The position numbers and the translations under genes were made by a program. Below the pieces are notes generated by a model. The model saw nothing but the letters and a program-made list of their open reading frames with translations, did not search any database and was not told where the DNA came from. Positions 41,601 through 51,799 of a stretch of 64,000 nt of DNA are shown here, in pieces. Within the stretch, counting starts at the first letter, position 1; every line of letters starts with the position of its first letter. Origin of the DNA: Basidiobolus meristosporus CBS 931.73 (Eukaryota > Fungi > Basidiobolomycota); contig MCFE01000140.1 of NCBI GenBank assembly GCA_002104905.1, positions 62,001 through 126,000 on the forward strand, written 5' to 3'.

Positions 41601-44600
41601 AGAAGAACATGAAGACAACCTTTCAATCCTCAGATGTGACTCAATTTTCAACTGTACTTACCTATACAAGTCCTGATACCTTACACTAACACTAAGCCCA
41701 ACCCCACACTCAACAAGTAACTCCATTAAAATCCACCACTCATTAAGTATCTCTGCTGTAACACCCTGTTTCCATGACTCTGACAGGAACCCCATGGCTT
41801 TATGTCATTGTTCATTCACTGGTTCCCACATATCCTGGTATTCAGCCACACTGCCAGGTCTAGCAACTCATCAACCAGTCACTGCAGTAAGTCCTTGCAA
41901 TATTCTGTTGTAAGAGTCTTGGAGATAATTAACTAAACTGTATGCATCAAAAGAAAGAGCATTGGGATCAGAGAGTGCAAGAATTTATATAGAACCAATC
42001 AAAAGCCACTTTTGTGTTGTTGTAGGACAAACTCTGACCAAGCTTTTTGTGATGTTGGGGGTGAAATTTTTTTAACTTTCTTTGCATGGTGTCCTCAAGA
42101 CATTGATATCTCCTAGTTCTGGCATTCAAAACTTGTGATGGCCTTTTGACAGGATTATTGCAATTATTTTACACAGGGGGCTATATATCATAAAGATAGT
42201 TGCTATGGCACAATACTTTGCAATTCTACTTCATCAAAGGTATGGTATGACTATAATTCAACGCTATGAAAAATAATTTGGTCCCATGGGTGGATCTAAC
42301 CCAGATCAGCCATCAAGATCCTGTTTAGAGACTGTCATAGTACCAGCAGCTTGGAATTAGTGACCCTCTTAACAACATTATAACATGATCACAAAGGTGT
42401 TTTGCAAATTTTGCAACCAAATAAAGGGATAAAACATGACAGATTTTATTGGTGCTGTGACAATAATTCCATGTTAATGTTGCAGTCTTTTAGCACTCTA
42501 CAACTATTTTAAGTGGATCCAACTGGCCAGGACATCCAATTGCCTTATATGGCAAGAAACTTGATGGTATTTTGATGGCCTCACAGCATGACTCCAATGG
42601 CATTACATTGGCAGTATGATGGTCCACAGCTGGTTCTGCATAATGCTATTGTACCAATTTACCAAATGGTAATTCCTTTTTGTACCTCCCCTTGTACATT
42701 TCATATATTCCACTGTAGAATCACCTCCTCTTTATTTGCTTACCCACTACTACCCTGGGTATTCCACATATTTTTTGAATCTAAAAATACTATGGCATCC
42801 TGCTTACTAAACTCTACAAATGTGCATACCTGCCACAATTGATATACTTCTATTCCTCAACTTTAGGGCTTTTTAGTATGATACTTGCAAAGTTGCCATA
42901 TACCTTGTACTGCTGGTAGCAAATACATCTTGCAAAGATATGCTTGGTTGTTGCCACTTCTGCCATGAATACCTCCTGAATATCTGCAAGGAACTTCTTG
43001 GTATTTAGCCAATATACTCCTTCTCCCTGCTGTATTCTAGTCCCCCTTATAGGTGTGCTCTGGCATTTGTTTGTGTGAACTCCGCACTGAATGGTGTAGA
43101 AGTTGGCTTGTGACCATGGGAAGTCTGGCATACCTTGGTAGAGTTTCCTAATAATGATTAGTTGCTTGTTGCACCCAACCCAACTTTGCATTACTTAACT
43201 GATTACCCACACATTGGGGCTGCTTAGCTTCTTAATGCTATAGGCATAGGTGTCTCCATGTGCACATTTGTCCTGAAATTTTCCAACTCTTCCTGGCTGT
43301 CCTGCATGTGCCCACTCATCACATCCATGATGAACTTGAAGGTAATATTCTTGATGAGACTGGGATAGGGTAGTGCCTGCAACTTGACTTGTCTTCCTAT
43401 CTCCCCACACATCTACTCCATAGGAAACTCCCACAAGGTGCAGCAAGGCTTCATATTCTCCACACACCATGCAAGATGGCGTAGAGTATGGGTACAGTAG
43501 CAGCAGAGATCTACATGCTCATCTTTATGTTTGTAGTATAGCCGCTCAAATTCTGCCACAAACTCCTTGCACAACAGCTGTAGATACATCAAGTTGGTAT
43601 TAGTGATATGCTTCTGGATAGATATTCCAACAATGTCCACTTATGACCCCCAATGCTTCCAATGTACTCTTGGTAGGAATGGCTTCAGAATGCCACTGAA
43701 TAAATACATATCTAATTCATGCAGTTTGTGCATTTGTACTGTGGCATAAGCATATGCATATTTATTGGAGCCCATGAGAAGTACTTAGGGTAGCGGACAC
43801 TCTGTAATATCTTGCCCATTCTCTCAGATTTCTCCAGTACCTCAAAGAGTTCATTTAGCTTGAAATGCCCCATGTGCTACTTGGTCATCAGTATAGGGAT
43901 ATGGCTGAAAGCAAATGCATTGCTCCCAGTGGAAAGCTTTTGCTCCAACAGATACCCTCTATCTTAAGTGTCTCCAGTTTCCAATTGAATTCATATTCTG
44001 ACCAATGGCTTATAGCTTGCCAACTTTGCTGCAATTGCATGCTGACTTCTCTACATTCTCTCTGTGATAGATGATATTCTCAGTGCTGGTGTTTGGGTAA
44101 TATTAATGTGTGTGAGTTATGGAGTAAATCCCCTGGTTTTCACACATTTGACAGCAATACCATCCATTGTGCCTGGAAAAACCTGCTATCTTGCTGATGG
44201 CTGGGGTATCTCCACTGCAGTTAATAGACTTGTTCCACCGTACCGTGCCAGGGCGCGCAGCGCAATCCGCGGTTGCAAAGAATGATTGGGCGCAATATTA
44301 TAGCTACCAGAAGGCAGGATTGTTCTTGGACGATTTTGCACTATGCGGGACAATCTTGCACACTATGGCACAATCTGACACGATGAGGTTGGCGCGGAAG
44401 ATCACGCCAACTTGTAATGCTTGCATCACGTGCGCAATCGGATACCGCTATAATGGCAGGTAAAATCTGGTATTTGGATATGTTTCTTTAATGTAAATGG
44501 AAATAAATGTGTATCACACTATAAACTATACTGATACTTACCATTTTGGTTACCCTCACTCCAATTGGACGGTATCTCAGTGGTTAATTGGTCCAAAAGT

Positions 44601-44969
44601 ATCCTGAAGCTGGCAGACCCCAATTGGCTCATTGACTACTGAAAAAGCTACCTGATTTGCCATCAAATATCCCATTTTGCCCATTGAGCAAGTAAATCCC
44701 TGATCCTAGTGATTGGGCAAGGTGTCATAGCTAGCACGCAAGCAATTGTGTAGGTGCAAAACAGATCCAATAGCTGCACTGGTATTACAGATGACGTATA
44801 TATATGCAGGGTGTTTATTTATAGGGGTTCTGTCTCAAATGTGAGACAACCTTGATATTACTTATATCAAAAATTTGATGATCACTGATTTGCGATGGCT
44901 TGATTTGGATCGCAAAAAAAAAAGGGTTGTCAGGATCATTACGAATGTGAGCGATTCAAAGCGATTGCA

Positions 44970-45299
44970 TCATCTTCTCCTGGGTTTTTTTCTCACAGGG
45001 ATTACTACTGAAGCATTTGGTAGTGACTCACTTTGCACACCTATACTACTTCCTGGCTGACTATCATCTTGGCTACTTGTGTATTTGTAGTCAGTATTTT
45101 GCCTCCTAGTTGATGAGTGCAATGCTGCAGCTTGGCCGCGCTGAATCGCTCTGACTGAACCAACTGAACCAACTGAACCGGCCTGTAGTGCCACGCGCTG
45201 ACGCGTTCTTTTACTTGCCAAGGGCTCCGGTGGTTGAGTCACTTCATGTTGGTCATCATCAGTCAGTTCACCAGAAGTAACTTGCTGATGGTCAGGCAA
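44970..45299 (-). CDS. Low-complexity ORF ending in a basic NLS-like tail; possible 3' exon of the accessory gene
   Basis: 110 codons open from a TTG; S/Q/D-rich; ends VRKKPRRR; 104 nt downstream of ORF 45404-46240 in another frame. Confidence 0.35.
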   Translation of the reverse strand: MPDHQQVTSGELTDDDQHEVTQPPEPLASKRTRQRVALQAGSVGSVGSVRAIQRGQAAALHSSTRRQNTDYKYTSSQDDSQPGSSIGVQSESLPNASVVIPVRKKPRRR

Positions 45300-45403
45300 A
45301 ACGGCACGTGCAGGCGCGCCTTGACACGTTGAGATGGCCCTTGGCTGAGTTCAATGTGATGCCGCATGTTGACGCGACTTGGTCCGCTCCAATGGACTTG
45401 TGT

Positions 45404-46240
45404 CTAAATGAGCAGTTTGGCAAGTTCTGGTAGTTTTGCTCTGAAGCGCGCGCGTTGACCCAACACACGTTGACTCAATGTGCGTGACTCAACGCGGGGC
45501 GTCCTGGTAAAGGGTGTTGGCGTAGTCTGGACTGACGTGCGCCGGCGCGCTGTGGTTGCAAGAGATGGTAGGGAATCCAGCAAGGTGTGCTGGCGCGATC
45601 TGGACGATGTTGCTTGCGGTCTGTATTCTTCCTCCTGAAGCTCACCATCTGATTCCTCAAGGTATTCACTTACCCTCTGTCTGATACTTTGGAGCTGTTG
45701 CCTGGATGAGTGCTGTGTATATTGCTCTTGGAAGCCACTTAGCTCTACTAATATATCACGTAGTACATTAGTCATTTGAGGCAAAAACTCATTCAAAATC
45801 TCTTTGTTTCCCAAAGTTGAGGCACAAACGGACACGTCCGGCCCGTACTGTGCAAATTGCACGCGAAATTGTTCCTGCACGGCTTCCTCGTCAAATCCCC
45901 TCACTCTCAGCTCATTCTTGATTTCAATACTTGTCTTGTTATATATCTTTTTACATACATCGGCTGGCATCTTGATGTAGAACTCATGCCACAGCTTTCT
46001 ACTCAAATTCTTCCATCTTTGTCGACTCTCTGAGGTATCTAGTTCTGCTAGATTAATCAGTAGTGCCCAAATATCTGTATGAAGGCTCATCATAGACACT
46101 TGGGCCATACTAAAATCATTTGGCGAGAACTTGAACGGAGCCAACATCAACTTTTCCGGTCTGGACCGCACTTGTGAGCTGGGGGATGGGTTTTGTCTGG
46201 GTTGTACTAAAGATGAGTTGAGGCTTGGTATGGGGACCAT
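45404..46240 (-). CDS. PHIS accessory protein (278 aa), putative DNA-binding; family not identified
   Basis: Uninterrupted ATG ORF divergent from the transposase. ESRQRWKNLSRKLW resembles a Myb/SANT/MADF recognition helix; disordered R/S/T-rich tail. Confidence 0.65.
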   Translation of the reverse strand: MVPIPSLNSSLVQPRQNPSPSSQVRSRPEKLMLAPFKFSPNDFSMAQVSMMSLHTDIWALLINLAELDTSESRQRWKNLSRKLWHEFYIKMPADVCKKIYNKTSIEIKNELRVRGFDEEAVQEQFRVQFAQYGPDVSVCASTLGNKEILNEFLPQMTNVLRDILVELSGFQEQYTQHSSRQQLQSIRQRVSEYLEESDGELQEEEYRPQATSSRSRQHTLLDSLPSLATTARRRTSVQTTPTPFTRTPRVESRTLSQRVLGQRARFRAKLPELAKLLI

Positions 46241-46599
46241 AGCAACGGATTTGGATACTTATACAGCAGTATATTGGCATCAACCTGGTCTTATATGAAA
46301 TATATATGAAAACTAAAGTGATTGTTGAATTTTCCATATATTATGCATGATGCATCTCGGATCGCGTTGACACGGATCAGATTACATCAATTGCAGATTT
46401 CCTATTTGATTATAGACCTATGATTAAAGCATCAATAAAAGTACCAAGGCATTGTTTGCGGATGATTTTTGCGACATAATAATGGGATACATGGCAATTG
46501 ATGGAGATTTAACCATAATGTGTTAAAAATCAGATAAATAACGCAGATCGCGCCGAATCAATTCAAACCGCCACCATACGATCATCCATCAATTTTAAT

Positions 46600-47484
46600 A
46601 TGACTTACTCATCTGAATGGTCTTTTCTCATCAATCCCATCACTACCACTGGATTTCCTTTTGACACACTGGAGGAGATCTATTCCAAGTACTGTGGACC
46701 ATCAACCCCAATCTACTCAAGGAGATCCCTTGTTAAGCTTCTCTGCTATTACAAGAACTATTGCCCTACAAGGTTTCATCCCACCATCCATGGCAACAAA
46801 AGTCCTAGAAGCTTTCATTCCCAGCTGACAGCAATGGAGAACCACCTTGCAGAGGGTATGAATGACTTAGAGCAAGCTTGGAATACTAGGTTCAGAAGCT
46901 CCAATAGACTTCCATATCCCAGAGTGTTCAGCAACAGGTTCCATATCAGGAGTATTTTGGATACCTTCCCAGTGAGGATTAACAGACCTTCTAGAGGGCA
47001 GAGGCACTTTTATTCTGGCAAGTACAAGGCACACTGTGTGAAGTTTCAAGCACTGTCTGACATTGAGGGTAACATCATCTGGTTTAGTGGGCCATTTGCT
47101 GGAAGTAGGCATGACAAAGCTCTCTGGGTAGAGAATCATCCTGAATTCAGTAGAGGGGAGAAATGTATGGCAGACTTGGCCTATATAGGAGAGGATTGTC
47201 AGAGATTAGGATGTATTACAGCTTATAGGAAGCCAAGGAATGGTGTGCTTAGCAGGAAGCAGAAGCTCTACAATGAGATATTTAATCATTTCAGAGTAAG
47301 GGTAGAGCACACATCTGGATATTTGAAGAGATTCAGCATATTGGCAGGTAAATACAGAGGAAAGTCATATATAGGAGAAAACAGCAGAATAGGTAAAATA
47401 GTTAAGATACTTATCAATGCACAGTATGTTCATACAAGAAGATATCCACTGAGAGAAATGTGTCTGGAGCATTATGAAGAGTAA
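46600..47484 (+). CDS. DDE transposase, DDE_Tnp_4 (IS5/PIF-Harbinger) type, 294 aa, intact
   Basis: ILDTFPVRINRP, YSGKYKAHCVKFQ, GPFAGSRHD, ADLAY, YNEIFNHFRVRVEHTSGYLKRFSIL. No stop or frameshift; AATAAA overlaps the stop. Confidence 0.93.
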   Translation: MTYSSEWSFLINPITTTGFPFDTLEEIYSKYCGPSTPIYSRRSLVKLLCYYKNYCPTRFHPTIHGNKSPRSFHSQLTAMENHLAEGMNDLEQAWNTRFRSSNRLPYPRVFSNRFHIRSILDTFPVRINRPSRGQRHFYSGKYKAHCVKFQALSDIEGNIIWFSGPFAGSRHDKALWVENHPEFSRGEKCMADLAYIGEDCQRLGCITAYRKPRNGVLSRKQKLYNEIFNHFRVRVEHTSGYLKRFSILAGKYRGKSYIGENSRIGKIVKILINAQYVHTRRYPLREMCLEHYEE

Positions 47485-49800
47485 ATAAAGCAAGGAAAGC
47501 ACTATTCTGAGCAACATAAGTAAGATTGAGTAAAATTACCAGTAACTGTATCATACCACTGGCATCATGGTAGAAATTATAGTGCCAGATGGTGCCGTAG
47601 AGTGCCAGATCAATCCGGCACTATAAACTGGCTGGCACTATGTGGCACTATCCAACAGAACAAGTCTAATAATATGGGCTTTTACATGCCAGTCATTTAC
47701 TGTTATCCCACTGGAAAGCATACAAAACTCATCCAGCAATGGATATAGGTTGTTATCCAGGTTGGATGGTGACTTAGGCCCAGATACCAGTGAGACTACC
47801 ATCAGATTATTGCTTTGATACTGTAAGATGGGCAGCAGACTCAGATTGATGAGAATCAGTGGCTGGCAGGGTTTGCTGGTAGAGTACTTGTTTAATGAGA
47901 GTCCATCAAGTGCCAAGGCAATGGCATAGTAATACATACCTTCAAAGTAGCCCTTGCTTCTTAGCTGTTTGCAATGTTTGCCATTGATTATATTGGATAT
48001 GTTTGCGCTTGATTGATACTGAGTGTGGTACTCTATATCTTAGCAATATTTGTTGGACTGCATCAGCTTCCTCAGACAGGGTATGACCGGAATATATCTG
48101 GAGTGTGAACAGTGTTTTACCTCAATGGTGGTAAATTCCTGACAATTTGGACAGGTTAATTGATAGCATTTTTGGATGTGAATGCCATGTAACTGTTGAC
48201 ACATGCTGGAATCAGGACAGTCTCTGGATCATATGTTGCCAGCCACATGGTGGTTGTCCGCTTGTACCATGTATATGGTAAGTTGCATCCCAGTATGATT
48301 TTGGCAAGAAGTAGTAATAAATCCTCAAAGCCTCCATTACTGATATTAGTGGAAACACGCCACTTCTCTAGCCACAACATTACATCATTCATCAGTAGAT
48401 GGATTGCTGGGCTCACTTGGCTCTATAAAGTATCCTTGGCATTTGTTTCAACAGGTGTTGTCTAATTGCATATAGGGATTTTACTGGGCTCATATGTGGT
48501 ACTGTTGTAAGGGGAGATAGGCTGAAAATCCATCAGTGAGCATTCTTTGTCAGAGCTATCACTCTGCCTGCCATATTCAGAATGCTGATGTGAGCCTAAA
48601 GGTTCCACAAACTCACCTGACACAGTTTGTGTAAGGTGACAAAGATGGCCAGGTGCCAATATAGAATTATCAACTGACTGGCAAGATATTGTTGGTATGG
48701 TATTGACCAATGAATAGTCAAAAATGACTTGGGTGGCAAAACACTGGTCTTGATCCTTGTAATACTTCCTATGCTGTATGTTTGCTTCATGGCTGAGAGG
48801 CTTGCCACAATAGCTACATGGTCTTTTTTCTCTTCTCTTACAGTGTTGAGTCAAAGTAGTCTTGTCTATGGGGCAAACAGTTTGACCTTCAACAATGTAA
48901 CGCTATTATATCACTTTTTGGTCAATACTCATGTGAACTTAAGACAGTCTTGTATTTGAGACATTGCACCTATATTAATGTAAGATTCAATGATGACCCA
49001 CCAAAATAAGCATTATAAATAAAGTTGTGGCACTGCATACACACAAATATGTAACACTATTTCCCCCTTGGTTTGACTCACTTCCTTATATATGCTGCCA
49101 AAAAATAAAGCAAAGTTGTCTGGTTCCTAACCAAACCCCACCACTGATGGCAACAGACAAATGCTTGGACAACAGCTTGCTTTGACATTCAGTGCAACAA
49201 GCAGGGCTACATCCAAAAAGGCCCTGTGGACAGTGTGCCCATTGAAGGTAATAATGCGGACTCCTCAGGCTCTCAGTCAAGTAGGCAACTGAGAACCTCT
49301 GCAGAGCCACAAGCTGACCATTATGCTCAGGCAGATGAGAATGTAGCAAATGCAGTACCCTCAGTTGAAGACCAGCAAGTGGCTGTCATAACAGCACCAC
49401 CACCCATGTTAGCAAGTATGTTGTCTGCTCATAACAAAGCATTAGTGAACCAATTAGGTGCAGTGGCTGATAGGATAGATGCAATGGCCCAGAGAAATAA
49501 GGGAATAGTCCAGAAACAGAATGAGCAGATAATATGTGTAGAGCCATGAATATTGCTGGTAGAGAAAGCAGTATCTTTGCTGCAAAGAAGGAACCCAAGT
49601 AGCTCAATGTCACAGCCAAGAATTGAGCCATTTCCCAATGTAACAGCAGAGGAACACTGTACAGTCTTTGATGCACAACAACAGTGCCCAAAGATGTAGC
49701 CCACAGAAAAACCTATCACAGCATGGAGGGAGACAATGTGGTGGTTATACCAAAGCCTAAAAATCAAAAGACCTTGAAATCTGCAAAGCCATTTTAGTGG

Positions 49801-50240
49801 TGTCAAAGAGACACCCACTAACAGATGTGCTCATTCCCATATTTTCCACCTCCCTGTTTCTCTACTACACTTATTTTAGTTTTATCACATTTGTCTTACT
49901 TGATCAGTACTATCCCATTAGCCGGCTGACTATCACATCAGCTTACCTTATTGCATAAGTTATCCCTTACTTTATGTAAGATTACTAGCTGTAAGTGCTT
50001 TGACATTAGGCAAGTACCCATGCCAATACCTGTGACACATGATCAAACTGTGTCACCATCCCTACCATTTCTATACCATATATGGTATCCCTATGTTATG
50101 CAGGTTTCAAAGTACTGATTCCTGATTGGTTGGATGTGCTGTGCCCATACCTACTTAGAATTCTCTTAGCTCACTCTGATGTCATTAAGATTTCTATTGA
50201 TCTCTAGAACCTTCTGGAGCACCATGATTAGTGATCACTT
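49801..50240 (+). repeat. LTR-like family C, partial
   Basis: Starts TGTCAAAGAGACACCCAC; similar to 62237 onward; inserted at the equivalent CACTA position. Confidence 0.6.
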
Positions 50241-50356
50241 GGCTTGGATTTAAACAGGCAAACAGAGTTTGGCCAGCATTGGTTTGCTAAGAAAGTATCT
50301 GAAGAGTAGCAGAAGCTGTCAAAGGCAGAAGAATAAGGTTGCCATGGCTAAAAGCC

Positions 50357-50770
50357 AGTGGCTTCCTCAAGAGCCTGTTACAAGCAGGGCTGAAAGCTCC
50401 AGACAAGCATCAAAGAGACATCAGGTAGCTGGAAGAGTGCCAATTAGGGACAAGCAGGCGGACACAGATGCACCAGGACAACATTTATCAAGGACAAAGT
50501 GTAGCACCACTCAAGAAGCACTCAGTGAAAGTAGCAGTGAAGGACCTGGCAGTGATAAAAATCAGTGGCTTTTACAGGAGCCTGTCACAACTCCAGCTGA
50601 GAGCTCAAAACAAGCAGAAAAGAAACCTCAGGCTGTCAGGAGAGTGCCAGAAAGGGACAAGCAGGCCAAAACAAATGTGTCAGAGCAGAATTCATCAAGG
50701 AAAGAATGCAATCTTTACAAGAAGCACTCAGACAAAGTAGCAGTGAAAGACCTTGCAGCAATAAAGGAAA
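50357..50770 (+). repeat. 207-bp (69-codon) tandem repeat in the CACTA accessory gene
   Basis: CAGTGGCTTCCTCAAGAGCC at 50357 and CAGTGGCTTTTACAGGAGCC at 50564; seen in frame in ORF 50269-50802. Confidence 0.75.
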
Positions 50771-51799
50771 AGGTAAAGGGAAAAATGCCTACCCAAGCCT
50801 GAGACAGGGAGGCATGGAACAAAAACTGTAGCTCTCACCAATCAATGCCGCAAGCCTGGAGCAGACTGAATCACATTATAACTAAGAAATTACCAACAAG
50901 AAAGCAGCTGTTTTCACAAGAGTTGGAAGCACAGACAGTTGAGCTACACTCCAGCAAGGTAGATGAGTTTACTGAAAAAGGCAATTTGTCTACCTCAGCC
51001 TCCACATCCTCCATTGCTGACACAGTGGAGATCCCACTGACTGCCAAAGCTACAACATCAAGAGCTTGAAAGACTATCACAATGCCTTAAGTGGAATTTT
51101 GGAACATTAATAGGCACACCAAGAGGTTGCAGCACTTCTTCATGAGCAGTGCTCAAGAAAACACACTGGAATATTGCAAGGATTCATTGCAAAGACTGGC
51201 AGATGAGGTGCTAGAACCTGCTGTGCCAGCTGAAGACCAGGACATGTGGGAACCAGTGAATGAGCAGTGGCACAAAGCCATTGGGTTCCCACTAAAGTCA
51301 TGGAAGCAGAGCATTACAGCAGAAATACTTATTGAGTGGTGGATTTTAATGGAGTTACTTATTGAGTGTTGGGTTGGGCTTAATGTTAGTGTAGGGTATA
51401 GGGACTTGTATAGGTCGATACAATTGGCAATTGAGGTACAACTGAAGTTTCAACAGAAATAAATCAATTTGTATGGATGAAAAGTTAGAGAAATGGTTAA
51501 GTCAGGAAGTAAGGAGTGTGAAAAAGAGGCAATAGCCAATCAATGCACACAAATGTAGGAGGCAATAGAGTGTCCAGGATTAGAAAGTGAGCAAACTGGC
51601 AGGGAACCAATCAAAAGCCACTAATGCATTGTTGTGATGAAAAATTTTGACCAAGTTTTTTGTGAAATCTGGGGTGCAATTATTCTTCAATGGTCTCTAG
51701 ACAGTGTCCTGACAGGATCAGTACCTCTTAGTCACAGGACTTTAGCTTTGTGATAGCCTTTTGATGGGATCATCTCATAACTTTTCATAGGGTACCTCA

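Larger units (their letters stand above)
44226..47667 (+). mobile_element. PHIS-superfamily (PIF/Harbinger/IS5-like) DNA transposon, candidate autonomous copy
   Basis: Ends AGACTTGTTCC...AGAACAAGTCT; TSD AAT at 44223-44225 and 47668-47670; empty site GCGGTT-AAT-AATATGTGC at 20752-20769. Two divergent genes. Confidence 0.92.
42262..51792 (-). mobile_element. CACTA-like copy 3, host of the PHIS element
   Basis: Left end CGCTATGAAAAATAATTTGG, right end TTTTCATAGGG. Transposase on minus (~42500-44225 and 47668-48854); accessory gene on plus (~49200-51460). Confidence 0.75.

Noticed and set aside
45404-47484. Domesticated host gene pair (HARBI1/NAIF1-like)
   Set aside because: The genes lie within TIRs and a perfect TSD inside a dead CACTA transposase, so this is a mobile insertion.
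44223-47670. Canonical PIF/Harbinger with TTA/TAA TSD
   Set aside because: Empty sites at 10677, 20758 and 49232 give symmetric ends AGACTTG...CAAGTCT only with TSDs ATT, AAT and AGT.
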